A stretch of 40,971 nt of DNA from a virus. Lineage: Duplodnaviria > Caudoviricetes. Under the pieces are notes generated by a model, which saw only the letters and a list, made by a program, of their open reading frames with translations, ran no database searches and was not told where the DNA came from. A program made the position numbers and the translations under genes. Of this stretch, positions 36,293-40,971 are shown piece after piece (within the stretch, counting starts at the first letter, position 1; each line of letters begins with the position of its first letter). The stretch covers positions 1 through 40,971 of the IMG/VR virus record IMGVR_UViG_3300022879_000167; one strand, given 5' to 3'.

Positions 36293-36309
36293 CAAAGGTC
36301 TTGCTTTTT

Positions 36310-37104
36310 ATGTCTACACCCATCATCCCTTGGATGGGCGGCAAACGCCGCCTGGCCGACCGCCTTATCCCACTCTTCCCACCCCACGAATGCTACGTCG
36401 AAGTCTTTGCCGGCGGCGCCGCGCTCTACTTCATGCGTCCCCAGGCTGCGCCTGTTGAAGTCCTCAACGACATCAATGGAGACCTGGTGACGCTGTACCG
36501 CGTGGTGCAGAACCACCTGGAAGAATTTGTGCGCCAGTTCAAATGGGCGCTCAGCTCCCGCCAGGTGTTCGAGTGGCAGAAGATGACCCGCCCTGAAACA
36601 CTCACCGACATCCAGCGTGCCGCTCGGTTCTTCTACCTGCAGCACCATGCCTTTGCCGGCAAGGTGACCGGGCAGACGTTTGGCACCGCTACCACTGGCC
36701 CGGCCATCAACCTGCTGCGGATCGAGGAGAACTTGTCTGCGGCGTGGCAGCGGTTGTCCGGCACTTACGTCGAAAACCTCTCCTGGCTTGAGTGCGCGGA
36801 GCGTTATGACCGGGTGCACACCTTTCATTACATGGATCCGCCTTACTGGGAGACCGCCGGTTACGGTGTCACTTTTCCGTTCGAAGAGTACGAGCGGATG
36901 GCCGACTTCATGCGGCGCTGCAAGGGAAAGGTCATGGTCAGCATCAACGATCATCCTGATATTCGGCGTGTTTTTGAGGGCTTTCATTTCGAACACCTGA
37001 GCATTCGTTACAGCAACTCCAATCAGCGCCGAGGGGAAGCAAAGGTATTCGGTGAGCTTGTCATCATGAATTGGATACCTTCTGCTCTTGATAGTCTGTT
37101 CTAA
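36310..37104 (+). CDS. N6-adenine DNA methyltransferase (Dam/D12 class, orphan)
   Basis: PWMGGK, YVEVFAGGAA, NDIN, DPPY. Confidence 0.92.
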   Translation: MSTPIIPWMGGKRRLADRLIPLFPPHECYVEVFAGGAALYFMRPQAAPVEVLNDINGDLVTLYRVVQNHLEEFVRQFKWALSSRQVFEWQKMTRPETLTDIQRAARFFYLQHHAFAGKVTGQTFGTATTGPAINLLRIEENLSAAWQRLSGTYVENLSWLECAERYDRVHTFHYMDPPYWETAGYGVTFPFEEYERMADFMRRCKGKVMVSINDHPDIRRVFEGFHFEHLSIRYSNSNQRRGEAKVFGELVIMNWIPSALDSLF

Positions 37105-37181
37105 TTCCGAAATAACATCTGAATTAGTCTAACGATTTCGATGGCTAAGGTGAGAGTGAGTTCGATAAGTTTGGCGGTCAT
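37101..37181 (-). CDS. Putative small membrane peptide MTAKLIELTLTLAIEIVRLIQMLFRN (DinQ-like type I toxin candidate)
   Basis: 26-aa amphipathic helix; CCTGGA SD-like element; candidate promoter TTGAGT-N17-TAGCCT about 200 nt upstream. Confidence 0.5.
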   Translation of the reverse strand: MTAKLIELTLTLAIEIVRLIQMLFRN

Positions 37182-37187
37182 ATAATT

Positions 37188-37362
37188 TTCCAGGTTGAGT
37201 TGGCCTGCTCGACGCGTTGATTCGCGTCGATTGCGGGGATTACTTTAGATGGCCTGGAGATTAGATAGAAAGTTTGGCTTGGCTGTCAATGCTCTTAAGA
37301 TGATTTTCTAAAGAGTGGCCGCCAAGCCGCAGCCCGCCGCTGTCAAGGGGCTGTGGGTGGTG
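37188..37362. ncRNA. Structured RNA (toxin leader and/or antisense sRNA)
   Basis: Stems TCCAGG/CCTGGA, TCGACGCG/CGCGTCGA, GGCTTGGC/GCCAAGCC, CAGCCC/GGGCTG; two loops contain TGATT. Confidence 0.5.
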
Positions 37363-37419
37363 AAAGTTTCTTGGCTATAAAAGTTAAAAAGGCTATTTGG
37401 CTTGCGTAGACTACTCAAG

Positions 37420-37451
37420 TTACGTGCTTACGTACTTACGTACTTACGTAG
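37420..37451. repeat. 4 x 8-bp tandem repeat TTACGTAC
   Basis: TTACGTGC TTACGTAC TTACGTAC TTACGTAG. Confidence 0.9.
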
Positions 37452-37475
37452 CTCTCTTGGTGGTTAACTTTTATA

Positions 37476-37534
37476 GCTATCTAGAGATATCTAGGGGTAT
37501 CCATTAGTTACCAAAAAGATATCTGGTGGATATC
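37476..37534. repeat. Six helically phased GATATC-like hexamers
   Basis: GCTATC 37476, GATATC 37486, GGTATC 37496, GTTACC 37507, GATATC 37518, GATATC 37529. Confidence 0.7.
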
Positions 37535-37606
37535 CTTTCCATATTCATCAGGTATGCTTTGGATCTCCTCGCTCAGCTTCCTCTGTGTACGTTGTAATTG
37601 GTTGCG

Positions 37607-38311
37607 TTAGCTATGCTCTGAACCTGCTATCGGTGTGATCAAGTCTGCAGCATGGTTTCGAACATTGCCCACCGAGGTGCCAACCCGAAACCACTCAAAG
37701 TCATTCACTGGCTGACAGCACGTCTTCGCTATTTCCTCGGCTCGGCCCGGAGTAAGGCTGGGGTCGATCCATTCCCTGGCATGTTCAGGTGTCAGTACCA
37801 ACGGCTTGCGGTCATGGATATCCACCATGCCCTGATCACTGGCGGCGGTGATGATCACAAATCCGTCGTCCACATGGGGATTCAGGCCAGGATGAACTTG
37901 AGCGAGCGCGCCAAAGAACATAGGCCTCTGACTCTTCAGGCGAATCAAGTAGGGCTGCTTTTTCTTCGGATCGTCAGGGTCTTTGACCCACTCATACCAT
38001 CCTTCACTCGGCACCAAGGCTCGGCCATTGGGCCAGAGCTGTTTGAAGAATTTCCCCGTGGTGACCGTCTCGACTCGAGCATTGATTGGATCCGGGCGTT
38101 TACCCTTCGCCCAGAACGGCGCCCATCCCCATTTGACTGCATCAATATGCAGCCCATCCTCTGCCGCGTGTAGCACCTGCACCCGTGTTGACGGAGCGAC
38201 GTTGTAGCGCCCTATAGGCTGAGCGTCATATCCGCTAAACAGGTCTATCTGCGGGCTCAGTTCTTCTATGAAGATCGCCATTCCTTCGTACTGCACGAAT
38301 CGCCCACACAT
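37607..38311 (-). CDS. SOS response-associated peptidase (SRAP/HMCES/YedK family)
   Basis: MCGRF N-terminus, RYNVAP, INARVET, GWYEW, IHDRKP. Confidence 0.93.
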   Translation of the reverse strand: MCGRFVQYEGMAIFIEELSPQIDLFSGYDAQPIGRYNVAPSTRVQVLHAAEDGLHIDAVKWGWAPFWAKGKRPDPINARVETVTTGKFFKQLWPNGRALVPSEGWYEWVKDPDDPKKKQPYLIRLKSQRPMFFGALAQVHPGLNPHVDDGFVIITAASDQGMVDIHDRKPLVLTPEHAREWIDPSLTPGRAEEIAKTCCQPVNDFEWFRVGTSVGNVRNHAADLITPIAGSEHS

Positions 38312-38349
38312 ACGCACCTCTCCGCTTGTCGAAATCCCCTACAGAAAAA

Positions 38350-38392
38350 TTGACCGCAAGCACCTTACAAAGTTAACTGTACATTCATACAG
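38350..38392 (+). promoter_or_regulatory. umuD/rulA promoter with LexA box
   Basis: TTGACC at 38350; CTGT-ACATTCAT-ACAG at 38377-38392. Confidence 0.82.
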
Positions 38393-38412
38393 TAATTGTA
38401 AAAGGCCGCATC

Positions 38413-38838
38413 ATGAGCTTCACCATTCTAGGTCCGATCGCTGAGGTAGGCGCGAAGTTGCCACTGTGTTCGTTCAAGGTTCCGGCCGGCTTTCCCTCGC
38501 CTGCAGCGGATCACATTGAGCAGCACATCTCATTGGATGAGGTCCTGAATATCCGTGCGCCCCACGTGTACCTGGTAGCAATCACCGGTGAGAGCATGCA
38601 GGGTATCGGGATATTCGATGGTGACTTGGCCGTGGTGGATCGTGCCATTGAGCCTATGCATGGGCACGTGGTGGTGGCCCTGCTGAACAATGAGCCTGTC
38701 TGCAAGCGCTTGTGTAAGCGAGGCCGGGAGGTCGTCCTGCTGTCTGAAAACCCCAAGTTCCCGGCACGCTACGTTCTTGAAGGCGACGAACTGTCGATTT
38801 GGGGCGTCATCACCAGCACAGTGCGTAGCCATGTCTAA
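38413..38838 (+). CDS. umuD: Pol V accessory subunit UmuD/RulA
   Basis: [21 protein letters not shown]. Confidence 0.92.
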   Translation: MSFTILGPIAEVGAKLPLCSFKVPAGFPSPAADHIEQHISLDEVLNIRAPHVYLVAITGESMQGIGIFDGDLAVVDRAIEPMHGHVVVALLNNEPVCKRLCKRGREVVLLSENPKFPARYVLEGDELSIWGVITSTVRSHV

Positions 38839-40108
38839 GCACGAGCCAACCTTTGCACTGATCGATTGCAATAGCTTCTATGCCAGTTGCGAGCGGGTAT
38901 TCCGTCCCGACCTGGCGAGGGTGCCCATCGTGGTGCTGAGCAATAACGATGGTTGTGTGATTGCACGTAGTTACGACGCTAAGCCGTTCATCAAGATGGG
39001 CGAGCCGTATTTTCAGATTAAGCACAAGCTCAAGCAGCACGGCATTATCCCGTTCTCCTCCAACTATGCGCTGTACGGTGACATGAGCGAGCGCGTGATG
39101 AGCCTGATCGAGGCGATGGTGCCTGCAGTTGAGGTGTACAGCATCGACGAGGCGTTCGCCGACCTGACTGGTATCGGTGGGCTGGATGCCTTAGGCCGGC
39201 AGATTCGCGCCCAGGTGCTCCGTTGCACCGGTATCCCTGTCGGCGTAGGCATCGCTCACACAAAGACCCTGGCAAAGCTGGCAAACCACACAGCGAAGCG
39301 CCTGCAGTCCCAAACCGGTGGGGTGGTTAACATCACCGATCCGGTTAAGCGTGACTGGGTGCTGCGAAATACGGACGTGGGGGAGGTGTGGGGCGTGGGC
39401 CGCAAGATGAAACTCCACCTCGATGCCATGGGCATTAAGTCCGCCATGGACCTAGCCAGGGCCGACCCGTGGACGCTCCGTAAGAAGTTCAGCATTGTGA
39501 TCGAGAAGACGGCTAGAGAGTTGGGCGGCACGCCTTGCTTGGAACTGGATGAGCCGGATCCGCCAAAGCAGGAAATCTGCTGCAGCCGCATGTTCGGCAA
39601 GAGACTGACGGAGTTGCCGCCAATCAAGGAGGCGGTGGCCACCTACATGATGCGAGCCTCGGAGAAGCTCCGCGCTCAGAAATCGCTTTGTAAGAAGGTG
39701 CGCGTGTGCATCCGCACTGGCATGTTCAACCCGGACGAGGCGAAGTATGCGAATGGGGTGGTGGTGGATATGCCGTATCCCACTGACGATGTGCGGCTGC
39801 TTACTCAAGCGGCGGTGGGGGCGGTTGATCGGATATTTCGACCATGCTTTAAGTACAGTAAGGCTGAGGTGATGTTGCTCAACCTCTGCCAGCAAGGTGA
39901 GTACACCGACGATCTATTTGCTACATCACAGCCGGGGGAGGCGACCCGGGTGATGACAGTCATGGACCAGATCAATGAGCGATGGGGTAGGGGGACGTTG
40001 CGCTCAGCCTGTGTGCCGGCTGATCCTGATTGGGGCATGCGTCGCGAGATGATGAGTCAAAGTTATACCACAAAGCTGGATCAGCTATGGTCGGTAGCGT
40101 GCATCTGA
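38831..40108 (+). CDS. umuC: Y-family Pol V catalytic subunit UmuC/RulB
   Basis: [38 protein letters not shown]. Confidence 0.95.
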   Translation: MSKHEPTFALIDCNSFYASCERVFRPDLARVPIVVLSNNDGCVIARSYDAKPFIKMGEPYFQIKHKLKQHGIIPFSSNYALYGDMSERVMSLIEAMVPAVEVYSIDEAFADLTGIGGLDALGRQIRAQVLRCTGIPVGVGIAHTKTLAKLANHTAKRLQSQTGGVVNITDPVKRDWVLRNTDVGEVWGVGRKMKLHLDAMGIKSAMDLARADPWTLRKKFSIVIEKTARELGGTPCLELDEPDPPKQEICCSRMFGKRLTELPPIKEAVATYMMRASEKLRAQKSLCKKVRVCIRTGMFNPDEAKYANGVVVDMPYPTDDVRLLTQAAVGAVDRIFRPCFKYSKAEVMLLNLCQQGEYTDDLFATSQPGEATRVMTVMDQINERWGRGTLRSACVPADPDWGMRREMMSQSYTTKLDQLWSVACI

Positions 40109-40284
40109 TGGGTGTTCGGGGTCAGTGCCAGTTCTGTATGAACCCTTTCAAATCGTGAATGTGTCTATGATGGCAGCCTGATTCAAATGTGTTGTGTTCG
40201 TCTGCATACTCATGCCACATTGAACCTCTACTGAAGATACCTGTTAGTACGTTTATCAATGGAACTGTCATAAAAGGAATGAGT

Positions 40285-40971
40285 ATGGCTGTACATCTAG
40301 ATGAAGCTGAAAAACAAATACTTGGTGCACTGTTAGTGGATTTTTCAAGTCGCGGTCTAAATGCTGAAAAATTGAGTTCCGGGTACGAGGGGCCGCAAGT
40401 TTCTGCTTTGGTAGCCGCCATCTGTGATGGAAATGAGATTACTCAAGTTGATTTTGATATTGCATTTGCAGATCTTGAAAAAAAGAGACTGATAAGTACG
40501 GGGCCTTATGCGGTTATTGATAATCCGCCTGATAGTGGAATAATATTCATAGGTGGCTACAGTAAGCGAGAGTACGCGGGATTGACAGAGCTTGGTTATA
40601 AGACCGCTCGAAAGGCACCAAATCGGCCAGGTACTGCTCAGCGCACTGTGAATAATGTCAACATTTCTGGTGGGAATTTCACTAACTTTCAGCTTGCGGC
40701 TGGCAATGGTTCAGTTCAAAAAATGGATGTAGCTGCAGGTGTGGATAGCGAGGTCTTACTGAAGCTGATTGGTATTCTAGAGGGGCAGGGAATAACAGTT
40801 ACTCCGGCAAAGCGTGCAGATCTAATTTCTGCTATTGAAGAGGCTAATGAAGGTAATGGTAAAGGGGCTAAGAGCTTACTTGAAAAAATATGCGGCCCCG
40901 CATGGTTAGGTATGCAACCTGTTATCTGGCCGGTTCTCGGGGAGATTGTTAAGAAAAGCTTAGGTCTTTAG
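40285..40971 (+). CDS. AT-rich hypothetical protein: wHTH-like N-terminus, N/G/Q-rich linker, helical C-terminus
   Basis: AAGGA SD; L.KKRLI...LTELG wHTH signature; composition distinct from phage genes. Confidence 0.7.
   Translation: MAVHLDEAEKQILGALLVDFSSRGLNAEKLSSGYEGPQVSALVAAICDGNEITQVDFDIAFADLEKKRLISTGPYAVIDNPPDSGIIFIGGYSKREYAGLTELGYKTARKAPNRPGTAQRTVNNVNISGGNFTNFQLAAGNGSVQKMDVAAGVDSEVLLKLIGILEGQGITVTPAKRADLISAIEEANEGNGKGAKSLLEKICGPAWLGMQPVIWPVLGEIVKKSLGL

Larger units (their letters stand above)
1..40971. mobile_element. Temperate prophage (lambdoid regulation and head, P2/R-tailocin-like contractile tail); ends not delimited
   Basis: Continuous run of integrase, immunity, replication, packaging, head, tail and lysis genes in canonical order, with no obvious broken structural gene; att sites not seen. 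Confidence 0.95.

Noticed and set aside
36180-36458. 92-aa ORF as a Com-like activator of the methylase
   Set aside because: Lacks the paired CxxC zinc ribbon; Pro/Arg-rich off-frame composition
37188-37376. Retron msr-msd or type III TA repeat antitoxin
   Set aside because: No RT or ToxN/AbiQ-like gene nearby; the repeats are too short for pseudoknot units
37420-37451. Mini-CRISPR array
   Set aside because: 8-bp tandem units with no spacers and no cas genes
40189-40284. Upstream TTG start of the last ORF and the antisense ORF 40122-40421
   Set aside because: AAGGA SD spacing favours ATG 40285; the antisense ORF has no support
1-40971. attL/attR core repeat, tRNA genes, CRISPR array, IS elements
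   Set aside because: None recognised; the window starts at the int stop codon so att sites are probably outside, and short repeats cannot be excluded by eye

Overview
The window is an apparently near-complete temperate Pseudomonas-type prophage (host genus inferred from the PrtN/PtrB/holin/RulAB homologues and GC-rich codon usage). It runs from the stop codon of a tyrosine integrase (1-1065) through a leftward early operon, a lambdoid cI/cro/cII switch, a primase-helicase and a Q-like gene. A lambda-type head module (cos-like site, gpA terminase, portal, ClpP protease, D, E) is followed by a P2/R-tailocin-type contractile tail, split lysis genes, an N6-adenine methylase and an SOS cassette (SRAP, umuD/umuC-type). 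No att core is visible inside the window. Accessory AT-rich islands: a stand-alone NACHT (STAND/NLR-like) gene beside cI, a ~500 bp 'non-coding' island at 37.1-37.6 kb holding an unannotated 26-aa DinQ-like peptide with a structured leader and two repeat arrays, and a terminal wHTH protein with an amyloid-like segment. The most unusual signal is a recurring CACCAC(A) motif displayed in hairpin loops or at start codons in the PL, PR and late transcripts, interleaved with RsmA/CsrA-type GGA hairpins, plus a leftward terminator implying a complementary antisense RNA. The tail chaperone extension lies in the +1/-2 frame rather than the usual -1. All family assignments are from motif recognition by eye; no database searches were run.
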